Assembly: GCF_018350175.1 (NCBI RefSeq)
Contig: NC_058368.1
Span: 234,300,001-234,364,000 of the forward strand
Source: Felis catus
Lineage: Eukaryota
Reading direction: 5' to 3'
Length of the DNA stretch: 64,000 nt
Under the pieces are notes generated by a model. It searched no databases. It was given only the letters and a program-made list of their open reading frames with translations, and was not told the origin of the DNA. Positions within the stretch are counted from its first letter, which is position 1. Each line of letters opens with the position of its first letter. Both the position numbers and the translations under genes were made by a program. Shown here one piece after another: positions 28,855 through 42,283 of the stretch.

Positions 28855-31800
28855 AAAATACAAGCTCAGAAGTGGAAGGAAAACCTCCGGAACTGCAGAT
28901 CAGAACCCAGTGCTTCCAGGGCGTTCCTCTACTTCTGCTGTTGACGTGGCAGCTCCACGCCAGGCTCCCGTCAGCCTGCGTGATGGGCCTGCACCCCAGC
29001 ACTCCCGCTCCAGAGACCCACCTGTGTCCCCGTCTCTCCGCAGAAGGGCTTTGAACAAAGCTGACCTGCACGTGGTGTATAACATGTGAGTGGAAGAGCG
29101 AGGCCCTTGGGAAGCTGCTCCAAAGGGAGGGGGTTGAGAGCAGCAGAGAGGAAGAGGAGGTACCTCCCTGGGGGAGGGCAGGCAGGATGGGCTGGGAGGG
29201 CACAGCTGCCGTGGGGCAGGCCACGGCCAACCCAGGTTGAAGAGGCTAAACCCAGCTAGCATTCACAAAACAGCCAGGTCAGAAGGGCGCTGCAGCCTTG
29301 GAATCATCAATGCTGTAACTCTGGTCCCATGCACATTCAGCTCCCAATAAAAGTGCGCTTTCTATCCCCTTCCGTCCAAGACCCCTCCTGGGATTGTTTG
29401 GCCGACAGTGAGTCCTGGTGCAGGCAGATGTCTGAGGGCCTTTCAGAACCTAAGCTGAAGGCCAGCAAAGGAAATGACACTCTTCTACCTTAGCAAAGCA
29501 AACCCAAGCGCACTGCACACGCCAAGCAAAGGCCCTGGGGCCACTCAGACACCACAGATCCACAGCAGTCTTCTCTTCCCCTCACAACAGAAAGCAAGAA
29601 CTCAGATACCAGAAGCTTATAATTAATCCATGACAAAAGTACTTAATTTAACGCATTTCTCCTGAACTCACTGCTAGAGAAGAAAGGATATTCTGACATG
29701 GCTTCTAGAAAGAGAACTCTAGTGAGGCACCCGGGAGCTTCCTACAGACCAGAGTGAATCTAACCCAGCATTTCACAAGCTGAGTCAATAGAAAGTCCAG
29801 TGGTGGGGTCAGTGCTACTCAGAACCATTTTGTATTATTACCCCCGAGAACCTATCCCATGCCACGGGTACCAGCTAGAGAAAACCCATTTGCTTATTAG
29901 CACGTCCACAATCCATCAGGGGCAAAAATGCCCAAAGGGCTCAGTCTCCTGACACTGGTGCCCTACAGAGCCCACAGTGCAATCCACGACCTACAAGTCT
30001 AAGGACTAGCTCACAGCCAGGAGAGCTGCTGGGGGGGCAAGGAGAGGCCAAGAAGGCAATCTGCTGAGCCACATATGCTGGCTTTCTCCTGCGCTGGCTC
30101 AGGCCATTGCCACCAAGACTTGCACAGCAGCCACGGCACAATCAGGAAGCACCGTGGCCACCTGTAGGGTGCTCAGGGGGAACCATATGGCTGCGTCTAA
30201 AAGCCCAGATCCCGAGCCCTGTTTGCCAGCTCGAGTGGCTGCACCACCTTTGAAATGAACACAGCTACACGTTCTGTCCTCTTTCCAGAGATCCCGACCC
30301 TCCATGAAGACTATCATCGTTTGAGGAAGATTAGTAAGAGTCTGAAAACGTTAATATTCCGGAATGCTACACAGTATCGTCTACGTTACCAGCATTTTCA
30401 TGAGCCTCCCAGTCCTGAAAGCAAATACTGTCTTCTCTCTACAAATGAGAAAACTATTCGTTAGGCAGGTGGTAACCAGCCCAGGATCATGCAACCGAGA
30501 CTCAGACCCAGAGCTGTGTAGTTTGAACTTCAGCATTTAGCCACAAAGCTGGGAAGCCACACTCAGGAGGTGGCCCGACATACAGAAACCTGTGCAGAAA
30601 CTTCTGCAACATGGGTCCCTTTATAAAGAATGCAAAGTCATGACTATAACTCTACTCGGGGAGTAACGTACATCCACATAACGTTTTTAAATTGTTTAAA
30701 AGAGCTTTCTTTCCAATGACCGAGGAAGCACTGATCGCGAATTAGATTTGAACAAATACAAAATGACACCTGTGCAGTGTATTCAAAGTAGCACTAAAAA
30801 CAGCAGAGAAACACACTAGAGTGCCAGCAGGAAAATCACGGGTGACTCCTCTTCCCTACTGCCCAGGTCTCTTCAACAAGTACATTACTGCTCTCATGAC
30901 CATAACCCACCAAAAAACCATCCCATCAGCTCCGTGAACTGACGCCTCTCTACCTCCGAAGGTTCCAGGGCAGACATCCCTGTACCTGTGGTAAGTCTTC
31001 TCTAAGACCCTGGTCTCCTGCCCCTACGTCTCGGGCACACCGGCAAGGGCGCGTCCTCCGGCCCTGTCAGCCCACGAGAGAGCCGTGCCCGGCGCCGCGA
31101 CTCTCGAGGAGACCCCGCGCCCGCTCGGCTCCGAGGCCCCCTCGTCGCTAACGTTCTGGTTCTGGAGCCAGCCAAGCCACTGGTTCAGGAAGCTACCGCA
31201 GACGGCACCGTTCACGCCCCGCCCCCGCAGTGCCCACCCAAGGACGGGGCTCCCGGAAACACTACCCTCACGTTCCCAGAAAATCCTCCGCAGGTGCCAA
31301 AGGATGAACCCAGAGGAGACGTGTGCGAGGCTCTCTGGCCACCCCGCGCCGGGCACGGCTGACGGGCCCGCTCTGCCGGGCCAGCTCATCAAAGGCACTG
31401 CTGCCCAAGGGCCGCGTGCGGAGGGAGGTCCGAAGGCTACACGTGGACTCGCGAGAAAAACCCCACAACTCCCTGGCCACACGCGTATCACCAGCTGACA
31501 TGTACCACTGGCTCGCTCTGTGCAGGCACCGCGGGACACGTTTCCTGAGCGCGACCCGGGTAACCACCAGCATCGCCCCGTCCGACGGGGGGCTCGGCAG
31601 TTCAACACCGCACCGGGGCTGCGCTCCTGCACAAAGAGCTGAGGCCGGTCAGCGGCCCGGCGGCCTCTGCTCCCGCTGCGCAAAGTGCTCCCTGGAGCCT
31701 CCCACTCAGCCGCCCTCCCGTGGGCTTCCTGCAGGATCTGGGACTCCCACCCCCCACCTCCACCCCCACCCGCTGCTTGCCTGGCCTCGACCACTCAGCA

Positions 31801-32275
31801 GGACCAGAGGCACGCACGGTCTCACTGCCGGTGCTGTTCTAAGGAGACAAGTCGTCCCGACGCCCCTGACGGAGGACGTGAGGTCACCTTCCCTGTCACC
31901 AAGACCGTAAAGGCACTGGGTAAGGCCTACATCCGGTTCCAAGTGGCCCCCCCAGACAGGCACACGGCAGGCGCTCATCACCTGCCCGGCGCCAGGGCCG
32001 CGAGCCCCCATCCACCCCACACGCTGGCGCGTTCGCCTCCCCGGGACCTGCCCACGTCCGCTCCCCAAAGGAGAAAAGCTCCCGGGACTTTCACTTACCG
32101 TATGCATACTCTTCAGCCAGCCACGACTGGTCCCGTCCAGTTTACAGGACCGACTGTCAGGGGCCCACGCGGGACACCACAGCCTCTTTAAGGCTCGGGA
32201 GAGGGTTCAGCACTCAGCAACCTCCCAAGGTCCCTCCAAGAGGACTGAAAACGTTTTTAAGAAAAAGCACAACAA

Positions 32276-32502
32276 GGGGCGGCTGGGTGGCTCCATCGGT
32301 TAAGCGTCCGACTCCGGCTCGGGTCATGATCTGACGGGTCCGTGAGTTCGAGCCCCGCGTCGGGCTCTGGGCTGACGGCTCAGAGCCTGGAGCCTGCTTC
32401 GGATTCTGTGTCTCCCTCTCTCTCTGACCCTCCCCCGCTCATGCTCTGTCTCTCTCTGTCTCAAAAATAAACATTAAAAAAAATTAAAAAAAAAAAAAAA
32501 GA
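32276..32502 (+). mobile_element. SINEC_Fc-like SINE
   Basis: TSD aagaaaaagcacaaca at 32259-32274 and 32503-32518. Confidence 0.93.
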
Positions 32503-34702
32503 AAGAAAAAGCACAACAGGACTGGAAAATTGCTGGGGAGGGGAGAGGAGGAGGGGGAGGGCTTAACGGATCCAAAGGTTTAAGGCAACACGAAGTGCAG
32601 AAAGCAGACGCAAGTCCTCTCTCTCCAGTTTCCTCCCGCAGACCTACGAGACAGCAGGCACTACCCTGCTGCTGGCTCTGAGTAGGGAGCACGACGAAGT
32701 AAGTAAGGCCCTTGCTCAAAGTCTGGGAGAGCAGAGAGGGCAGCGCGGAGAGGGGAGGCAACAACCACACGCACAGCCCGGCCGTGCCCGTGCTGCCGGA
32801 GGCTGGGTGCCGAGGGGCCGGGGCTGGTGCTGGGCTCGCAGGGCCAGCAGCAGCCAGACCCCACAGCTCAGGGGGCAGCGTTCCGGGAGAAGGACGTGCG
32901 GCAGGGTCCCCGCGGCAAGGGTGAGCTCGGGAGGCCTGGGGAAGCGGAGGAAGCCCAAGCCCGGACACAGGGGCAGCTCCCCTGGGCTGACTCCCGAGCA
33001 AACAAGACTGTGGGCATGTGAAGACACCCCATGGCCAGAAGGAAGAGGGCCCAAGAGGCCTGCAGAAGCCGGAGTCATTCAGGAAGACTCCAGCCCCCAC
33101 AAAGGTGCCCGCCGAGTCCCCCAAGCCTCTCCTCTAGACCCGCAGGGCTGCTAGGTCCCGGAGAGGCCGGCCTCGGACACGGCCTTTCAAGCCTGAGCTG
33201 AAGCTTCTCAGTGAGGTGGGAAGGGTACAGCAGGAACACACTTGTGCCACGTGGGCACAAAGGTGGCCTGGGGGGGGGGGGGGGGGAGGAAGAGAAAAGA
33301 GAAAAGAAACAGAACACAGCGAAAAGAAAAGCTAAAAGAAACGAAATGAAACACAACACAAAGAAAAGAGAGGAACCCAGTACGCAACGGAAGCAAGGAA
33401 GTCAGTCGGGAGGCAGGCACAAGCGGAGATCAGGACAAGTGTGCTCTGGAGCCTTGTTCTACAGAGAAGAAACCTCGGTAAGAACGTGCCCAGGAAGTCG
33501 GGTTTACCGGACTTCTGCTGACAAACAGCAGAGTGAGGGGCGGGAGTGGTCAGTGCTAAGCACACAGACTGGGAGCCGAAGCAACGGGAGCCTCGTTCCA
33601 CAAAACGAGCGCAGGGCAGAAGGAAATGACTGCAGCCATCCGAGGGGAAAAGGTTCCGGAGGGAAAAGACACCCCATTAACAGGAGGACGAGGCGTTCGC
33701 GGCACAGCCGGTCTCCCTAAAGTGAGGGCAGAGCCCGCTGTGCGGGTGCGACCGACGCTGGGACAGCCGCGGCACAGAGAACCGTGCCTAGGCGAGGGGA
33801 AGGCTTGGGACAGGCGACTGACAAACTGACCAATGCGAACCACCCTCACCCACGGGGGAGTCCGACCTGCCTCCGATCTCGAACAGCATCCACAGCCAGA
33901 CACACGGCCAGGTTGAGGCAGGGAGACTGGCACCGGGGCCCGCAGCGGGCCTCCAGGAACGTGGCCCCAGTTAGCTCCCCTTTAGAGACCTGAGTGCAGG
34001 CACATACCAGAGAGACACCAGAGGCTTCTGCATGCAGAGCTGCTGAGTACGCACAAGGGCTGCCGGGGGCCCCCGGTGCTCAGCGGAGCTCGGTGCGAGG
34101 ACCAGGGGCGCCCCGGCCAGAGCAGAGCAAGGCCAGGGTCACGGCCAGAGGAGCAGGATCTGCTCCTGCGACGCCGACGACAGCACCTGAAGGCAAGAAG
34201 GCACGGCTCCTGAGAGCTCTGCCAGCAAAGCCGCACCCTCGGTGAGGCCCACTGGAAACAGCGACCCCGCCGAGAACTCGGAAATCTTCACGAACCCCGT
34301 AAGAGTCCTGGTGGTGAGCACCGAGTTGACATAAACACAAAACCAAGACTAATCGATTGTAAACTGTGGTTTCCGGTGTCCAGGCAGCACTGCAGAGTCA
34401 CCAGGCATCCAGAAGGCCTGGGGTCAGAGGCCCTGCTGCTTTCCAGCTGGGAGACCTCGCGGGGCCCTGCGCTGTTCCACGTGAGACACGAGGATGCGCA
34501 CGGTGCCCACCCCTTCCCCCCCCCCCACGTCACTGTCATGAAGATTTAATGAATCCAGACGAAGTACTTAGAATAGGATCTGCACTCAGTAAAGGCTCAG
34601 TAAATGGTAGCGATTCTAATTACAGAACAAAATACAAACGCTTAACTCATGATGACAAATAATGTAACGCAAATCAGGAGGTAAAGATGTATAAAAGGGC
34701 TC

Positions 34703-35058
34703 TTTTAGTCTGCTCAGGCTGCCGTAACAGGACACCACAGACCAGGCAATTTCAACAAGAGAAATGTATTTCTCACAGTTCTGGAGGCTGCAAGTCCAAG
34801 ATCAGGGCGCCGGCGTGGGCAGGTTCCGGCGAGAGCCCTTTTCCCGGGGTGCACACGGCTGCCTTCTCACGGACAGGGCCTCGGAGCTCTCTGGCCTCTT
34901 GTCTCACAGGCACTAATCCCAGGGTGAGACCCCCACCCTCATGACCTCATCTAAACCTAATCACCCCCTCAAGGGCCCCTTCCCCAAATACCACCACACT
35001 GGGGTCTGGAGCTTCGACAATGTAGGAATTCAAGGGGGACGTGATTCAGTCCACAGCA
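34703..35058. mobile_element. MaLR solo LTR (MLT1A-like)
   Basis: ttagtctgctcaggctgccgtaaca...tttctcacagttctggaggctgcaagtccaagatc...attcagtccacagca. Confidence 0.8.
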
Positions 35059-35531
35059 GGGGCTTAACATCTCTATGTTAAGCAGGAAGCAAACTGCTAT
35101 GATTTCATTAAAAGTTTTACTCTGATCTTTTTGCACTTAGCCACTTAAGGTTTCCATCTTTTTTTTATGTTCTTGGTCTTCACAACACCTCTCAGAAGCT
35201 AGTATTTCTATCTGATGCTCAACATTACTTTCACTTTCAGGCAAAATTAATAATGTAGTGAGTGTATTTAAAGAGACGTGAGTAGTAATGCAACTATTTC
35301 TGTTGGTCAATCCACATGTCCGCCCGTGCGTGGGCTTAGAGAGAGAGGTCCCCAATGGCAGTCACCTAATTGCACTTTGCTTTTCTCCAGGTGGTGAAAG
35401 TAATGATTTTTAAGCTTTCTTTTTTTTAAGAAAACACAAACACACACAAATCCATTTAATAAAATAATACACTTATTTAAAAATCAGCAGAAAGCACTCT
35501 TGGAAACGCTCTCTAAAGCAATTAGGGCACA

Positions 35532-35755
35532 GGGGCACCTGGGTGGCTCAGTCGGTTGGGCATCCAACTTCCGCTCAGCTCATGATCTCATGGTCCCTGA
35601 GTTCAAGCCCTGTGCCGGGCTCTGTGCTGACAGCTCAGAGCCTGGAGCCTGCTTCGGATTCTGTGTGTGTGTGTCTCTCTCTCTCTCTGCCCCTACCCAA
35701 CTCGTGCTCTGTCTCTCTCAAAAATACACGTTAAAAAAATATCAAAAAGGAAAAA
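35532..35755 (+). mobile_element. CAN/SINEC SINE
   Basis: ggggcacctgggtggctcagtcggtt head; diverged TSD aaagcaat(t/c)ag. Confidence 0.9.
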
Positions 35756-37904
35756 AAGCAATCAGCACACAGAACTGTAAGAGGCACAGCATCACATGTG
35801 GCAATGGCATCACTGGCCGCTTACAGGAGTCACTTCGAAATGCCGGGTGACGGCACCAGGACCTCACACTTGGGTTTGTCCGAAACTACTTCGGGCTCCT
35901 TCTGGGGAGATCAAGGCACAGAAGCCCACCTTCGGGGTCCCTGCCTCGTTCGGAGCCTGGGCAGAACTTCAGGCTGCCACCTGCAAGCCGAGAGACCGGA
36001 ATTCAACGTAATCATTTTCTTCCTATTGTTGTACCTCTTCGAACAATTCCCTCTTTGCTCTGCACGTCTCGCGGTTGACACGACGCACTGTGGACTCAGA
36101 CTGCCTGGGACCCAAAACCAGCATGGCACCTGCCAGCTGTGTGAGCCAGGGGCCGCCCTGCCCGGAGCCATACCCTCCTCCTCTCCCGGCCGAGGGCCAC
36201 AGGAGCCGCTACACAAAGGGGTGAGAGTCAACAGGGCCAGTGATGATCATTACGGTGACGGGTGCTGTAGGCCACTGGCTAGACGGGAGCAAAGGGAAGA
36301 CTGGAGTGCTCGCCTGTGAAGGAAGACTGGAGAACGGTGAGCCATCTTCCCCAACCACAAGCTTCTCACTTCTGCCCGTCTTTACCCAAACACAATCCTA
36401 AAAGGCCATTTTCACTCTTACCAATTTTGCAAGCTTCAGTTCATTCCAAACTTTAACCTGTGACAAATTCTCACCTGGAATTGGTCTCCATTCCATGCTC
36501 GTTTACGTTGTGCTTGTATGCAGACCTGCATCTCTTGTGAGTCGGTCTCTGATAGAGCCACAAACTCTCTAGACAGACTCATCGTCAGCTTTTTCCCAGG
36601 AGCTCACTTACAGCAAGACCTCGGGATGTCTGCATTTCACAAACCATGTAAGGTATCCTCTTCTGTATTTTGGATCACTCAGAGTTGTCCTTCAAGTTTT
36701 AGAAATCTCTGCTTAAACTTAGAGACGATGTCTATAACCAAGATACTCCACTGCGCTGCCCTATGGCTCCCTTCTCTGCCAACTCACCGAGTCCTCACAT
36801 CTTGCTCCTAACCCGAGCACACCAGTTCCGCTCCCGGAGGGGCAGTGGCGAGGCCCGGGGGCTCTGTGGTCAAGCGGGCCCGCCATGGGGCTGCAGCTCT
36901 TCTGGTTTTGTAGGTGCACCCTGGACAAGGTGCCTCATCTACTAAAGCTTATTCTCTCTTTAAAACGAGCTCTTGTCAAGAAGAACCGGGAGGAGGCAGT
37001 CCAAAAACGCTCACGGGTCCTGCTCTTGGCCTTCAGTTGTGTTCAGCTAAAACAGCAACTCATCACGGGCTTCACTTTTCCTAGATGGCAGCTTGTAAGG
37101 AAGCTCCAGGTGGGAGGAGCCCTGCTCCCTCCAGGTCGGTTCTGGAATGTCTGCAGAAGGCAGGAACCGCAGCTCCCAGGGCTGCAGGACTGGCTCCCTG
37201 TCCCCGGGCCTCCCCCACAGCATCTTTGTCATCATCTGCCGTGTCTCACAGCCCCCACAGGAGGACCTCGCCCTCCCTCTCCCCCGTGCCATCTCGCTCT
37301 TCAGGAAAGCAAACACATTGGAGCCAGATCTGCAGGGTGAGCTGCGAACCGTCGCCCGCGAAGACGAAGACGTCTCCGTCATTCAGCATTGCTTGGAGCT
37401 CCTGACGTTGACACTGGAACGATCGTGTTCGCCTGCCTAGGCGTTAGTTACTTTTCTGTCTGCAAGACAGGGGTGGTATTTCCCACTTCCCGGGCCTGCT
37501 CTCAGAACACAGGGAGGAGGCTCGCGCAGAGAGCCGAGCCCCACGGAGCCTCCGTGGCCGCTGCGTGACAGGGAAGACGGGACCGTCCAGGTTCCGGCAC
37601 GCGCCCGGCAGAGGGGGTTTGACACCACCGCCCACGGGCCAGACTGGACGCTCTGAGCCACACGCAGTCGTTCCGTCTGGTACCCCGCCACGGACGGAGC
37701 CCAGGCTTCGCGTGCCACCGAAACAGCAGCCCTTTGAAGAGGATATACGCTAGGGATTCCGAAACGCAATTTCTAGAGCTTTCCCAGTGGGGACCGGCCG
37801 AGCACCACAGCTTTTGCTGTTGTTCAGGTTTGCGCTCGTTTAGGCAGCAGCTACTGAATCAAACTTTGTGTTTCGAATAAAGAATCTAAAGTTACCCTAG
37901 TTCG

Positions 37905-38092
37905 GTGCCGTCCAAACACACGGCTATCTAAGTTTTCATTAAAATTAAATGCAACTAAAACTCAGTCCCACAGTTGCATCAGCCACATTGCAAGCGCTCG
38001 AGGGTCACGCGTGGCTGGTGGCTACCGTACTGGACCACACAGACACAGAACTCCTCCATCTTCCCAGAACATTCCGCCGGACAGTCTGCTCT
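37905..38092. mobile_element. hAT-Charlie remnant (MER3-like)
   Basis: attaaaattaaatgcaactaaaactcagtcccacagttgcatcagccacattgcaagcgctc...gtggctggtggctaccgtactggac. Confidence 0.65.
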
Positions 38093-40319
38093 ACGTCGCA
38101 AGTTCCCTGCCCCTTCCTGCTGTGTGCACCACCATACCAGAACGGAAGTTAGAAGCTACAAGGAGCTCAGAGAAATAACACGACAGCCACTCCTGCCGTG
38201 CACACAGGACAAAAAACCCTCAAGGACTTCAAACAGGTGACATGCGGAGACAGACCTAAGAGATCAGGAGTGCCCTTCAAGCTCTGGAAAGACGCTTGTT
38301 TAAAAACTGCAGAATGCATTACTTAGGCACAGTTTAAATTTTTAAACTCGGAGAAGAATTCCTTCAAAGGGAGAAGCGTCTTCACAGCATGGCAGGGGCC
38401 CCAGAGGACTTGGAACTTCAGGCTTTAGCCATTTCTCCAAGAAAAGCTTTGGCCGGAGGGGGAAACTTGTATTTTCAAACCCGGACCAGTTGGCCACAAG
38501 CACCGCCTGATTTTTGGTTTCCACTTCCTCAGAGAGAAGAAAAGGGGAGGGACGGAGCGGCCGTCCCCGTCCTCCACATGACAGCTCACACGGCTCTCGC
38601 AAGTCCCCTTTATTCGGTCCGTCCTGCGAGGGCGATGTGGCAGACTGCACTTCAGAGATGGGGAAACTGAGGCTCAGAGGTCAAAACCCAACCTGGGAAC
38701 GAGGCCCTGGGGTGCGGGACGCAGGCTAACCGAGCTCCAGGCCACAGGCCTGCCTCAGCGGTGGGAGACAGACTTCCGCCGAAGGGTTCAAAGCAAGAAG
38801 GAATCGATGTGTTTCCGCATTTCCCTTGGACTCCTGCGTCCCAGCCACTCCTTCGGATCCACGGGATCGCAGAAACAGGAGGATCACACACGGAAAGATA
38901 ACAACTACCTACATCCACATGTGATCACTTAGGAAATGAACTCCAGTCTTAAACCACAGGGGAGCCTAAACGGTTCCACGCAGCGGCTGGTTTAGGAATT
39001 AAAAACGAGCACAGACCCACCATAAAAAGGCATGTCGCTGACAGTGAAAGACATTCCTTGCCAACGGGAACCTGGGCACCTCCAAGACACTGCCATCGAG
39101 GCTTCCCTGTCAGTGGCTAACCTGTGCAGAGGCCTGCTGAGCCTGGAGACCCAGCCCCGCCTCGCCACTGGCCACCGACACACGGGAAGCAGGCCTCGGG
39201 AGCTCAGGACCCCCTACGTTGATCACCGGGCACGCACCAGGTGGCCGAAGGATGGGCAAGCTGTCTTTATACTCTTAGTGTTTCCTAACTTTTCAGGGTT
39301 AGGTATTAATTTTACAATAACAAAGAGAAACTGGCTAAATCTAAATGGATGCCTTTCAAATACAGGATTTTTTTTTTTTAAAGCTTTCTGCTTTGTGTTG
39401 CAAGGTATTAAACTGGTTTAACCACGCTCTTTGGGATGATGAGCAGATAAACTGCAATCAATTTTATTTTAATGTTCTGCATTAATATAACTTCAGGTTG
39501 GCCATCAAATCTTCAGAAGTTCTAAGACAAACCATACGAGTTACCTTCAGCATTTGACTTCAACTATACAGCCCTGCCCCTCCTCATCCGTTCACCTAAG
39601 CGGGCAGATCCTGCCATTCATTCCCTCCCTCGGTCACCAGGCGCTCACTGGGAGGTGGCCGCCAGCGGGTACTGGCACTGGGAAGGCAGGCTGAGACCCG
39701 GGGCTGCAGGAGGACAGAGGTCAGCAGTGTCAGAGCAGAGGGAATCGCAGGAAGGGACCAGGGAAGCACCGTGTGGGGTTTTCATACTCCGCCTGGAGGC
39801 GGCACAGGGCTCTGAAACCAGGGTCACCCCCACGAAGTTGGGCCGCCGTCTAAGTGGTGTGGCGTCTTCTCAAAGCAAAGACGGACTGCTATGTATTTGG
39901 AAGTTCCAGAGACAGCTTGATGGATGACCTAGCACTCCTGACCTCCCCCCCCCCCCGACCCCACCACAGGAAGGACAGCTTTCCTAAGCGGGCCCATGCA
40001 GGATGCCTCCTGAATGGTCCGTCAGTCACTACAGCTCTCGCGCGTTCAGTCACACGGCTTCCACGTACACTTTTCTCTGATGACAGATTTTAAGAGAAGT
40101 TCACGTGAGAGAGGCACAGAAAGGCACTCAGAGCTAGTCACTCTGGTTGTCCGAGTTCAGTTGTGACAGCCAAGCCCGAGGACAGGGACCAGAAATCTAC
40201 CAGAGTCATCATGATGGGCTGGAGTCCAGTCAAGGGAGAGAAGAGCTGGCAAAGAAAACCACAACCTCCTTGTCACCTAAGGCAGGGAAGTCTACCTACA
40301 GGAGCACGCCTCCACACAT

Positions 40320-40865
40320 GGCAGTCGGCCTCCAGAAGATTCCGGGCCCCAACCCCCAGAACCTGTGGCTAAGACGACATCACCATCACTCCCGTGGTCC
40401 CACTGTATTAGTACATGCCCTGAAAAGAGAAAATCGCCTAGGTGGGCCTGATCTGAGCACGCGAGCCCTTGAAGCACAGGGCTTCCTCCGGCGGGCAGAG
40501 ACCTGGCCAGAGAGATTCAAGGCACTGTTGCCAGTTGGAAGACGGAGGGACCTCGAGTCAAGGAAGGCAGATGGCTTCAAGGAGCTGAGATAGGTCCCCA
40601 GCTGGCAGCTAGTAAGGAATCGGGGACCTCAGTCCTACAACAGCAAGGAACTGAATTCTGCCCGTATCAGGAATAAGTCTGCAAGAGGTCCCTGTGCTCC
40701 AGCTGAGAATACAGCAGTCCGCCTTCAGCCTGGGGAGAGCCTGAGCAAGAACCCAGCCCAGCCATCCCAACCTCTGACACGCAGAGTCTGAGGCACAGCA
40801 AACGAGTACTGGTGTAAGCCGCTAAGTCTGTGGTCATTTGTTACACAGGAAAAAAAACAACACTG
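40320..40865. mobile_element. MaLR LTR (MLT1D/E/F-like)
   Basis: ggacctcagtcctacaacagcaaggaactgaattctgcc and taagccgctaagtctgtggtcatttgttaca. Confidence 0.7.
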
Positions 40866-42089
40866 CGCACAGGATTCTTAAAATAAGACACTTACTTTGC
40901 AGGGCAAATCCCACACCGTAGGGACGATGCGCCCCTGACCACCCCGCTTGAGACGTATACCTGCACAGGGGGGCAACTGTCCCCGTTACCAAGATCACCT
41001 GTCTGCCTTTATTCGGCCGCCCCGCTCCCTCAGCAGCCTTAGGAAAAGAGAACCCCCTGACGGGCTGCCCAGAGCCTTCTGGAGGGGCCCCTCCAGAGCC
41101 ACAGCCAGCAGCAACTTCCAGGTGGCACTGTGGCTACACAATGTCCTATGGACGTAGTTAGCACGAGGCAGTTACCCCTCACCTGTTAGCCTGTGTTGTG
41201 GCGGCAGCGTCGAAATCCGGTTTCCCAACCTCTGCATCACAGGGTGTTTCGGTTTGTTGTATTTTTCACAACCCGCTTTTATTGCATAACTCAAAACCTA
41301 GATCCTAAACAATACCAGAGTATACCAAGGTATAGAAAATGCTCATTTCCCAAGGATAACGATCATCCCTCCTTCCATCGGATGTATGGGACTCTCTTTA
41401 AAACAGGAACCCAAATTTCCTATCAAATAGCAACCCAAAGGAGGTTTGAGGCCTAACCTTGAAGTACAAATCTTAAAATTATGAGAACCCGATACTTTAA
41501 AACACTGACTTACAAACCATCATCGAAGGCATTCGGTCCAGGCCGCATTATTTCTAAGGCACGAACGGCACTGTGTCATTGCTTTCTGGTCACAAGCTCA
41601 CAGCAGCAACACGGGGTCCCCGTTTCCCCACTCAGACGTCCTCAGCAGGAGCGTTACCAAGGCCAGTTTTTGCAGAAGCATTTGTGGGCTCGATCTTCCC
41701 ACAGGACTGCCCCATCCTTCTCTGGGGCGCCCGTCCTGCCCTCCACCTCCTCCTGGGTGCCCCTCTCCCGTGTCCGCAGTCCTCACCCTGCCCATGGGCA
41801 TTTATCAGGGAGCAGGTGGAAGCGTGTCCAACCTCACCAGAGGGGCAACCTGCACGAGCTTCCCGACATCACTGTGCAGTGACAGCCGCCAGCAGGATGG
41901 GCTGGACCAGGCGATGCTATTAGCAAGCGGGGAGGAATCCCGGGGTGGGGGCTCATCCCATGTGGCCGGTGCAGCAGGAACGTGTGCACCATGTGGTCGC
42001 TCCTATTTCCATCTATGGCCCTACACTCTCGGGGTCACAGGGGACAAGCATGAGGAAGGGAGGCCCATGTGCACCCCCATCACCTTCTA

Positions 42090-42283
42090 AAAATTTTTGT
42101 TAATTTATTTATGGGGGGGCGGGGCAGAGGGCGCGAGAGAGAATCCCAAGCAGGCTCCACGCTGTCAGCGCACAGCCTGACATGGGGCTTGAACCCAGGA
42201 ACCCTGAGATCATGACCTGAGCCAAAATCAAGAAAATCAAATCAAAATCAAATGCTTAACCAACTGAGCCACTGAGGCCCCCC
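42090..42283 (-). mobile_element. CAN/SINEC SINE
   Basis: reverse SINEC body; flanking duplication cccatcaccttct. Confidence 0.87.

Noticed and set aside
31024..33720. Cluster of 130-256 aa ORFs in intron 1
   Set aside because: No recognisable domain; present in several frames on both strands; one starts or ends in a SINE tail
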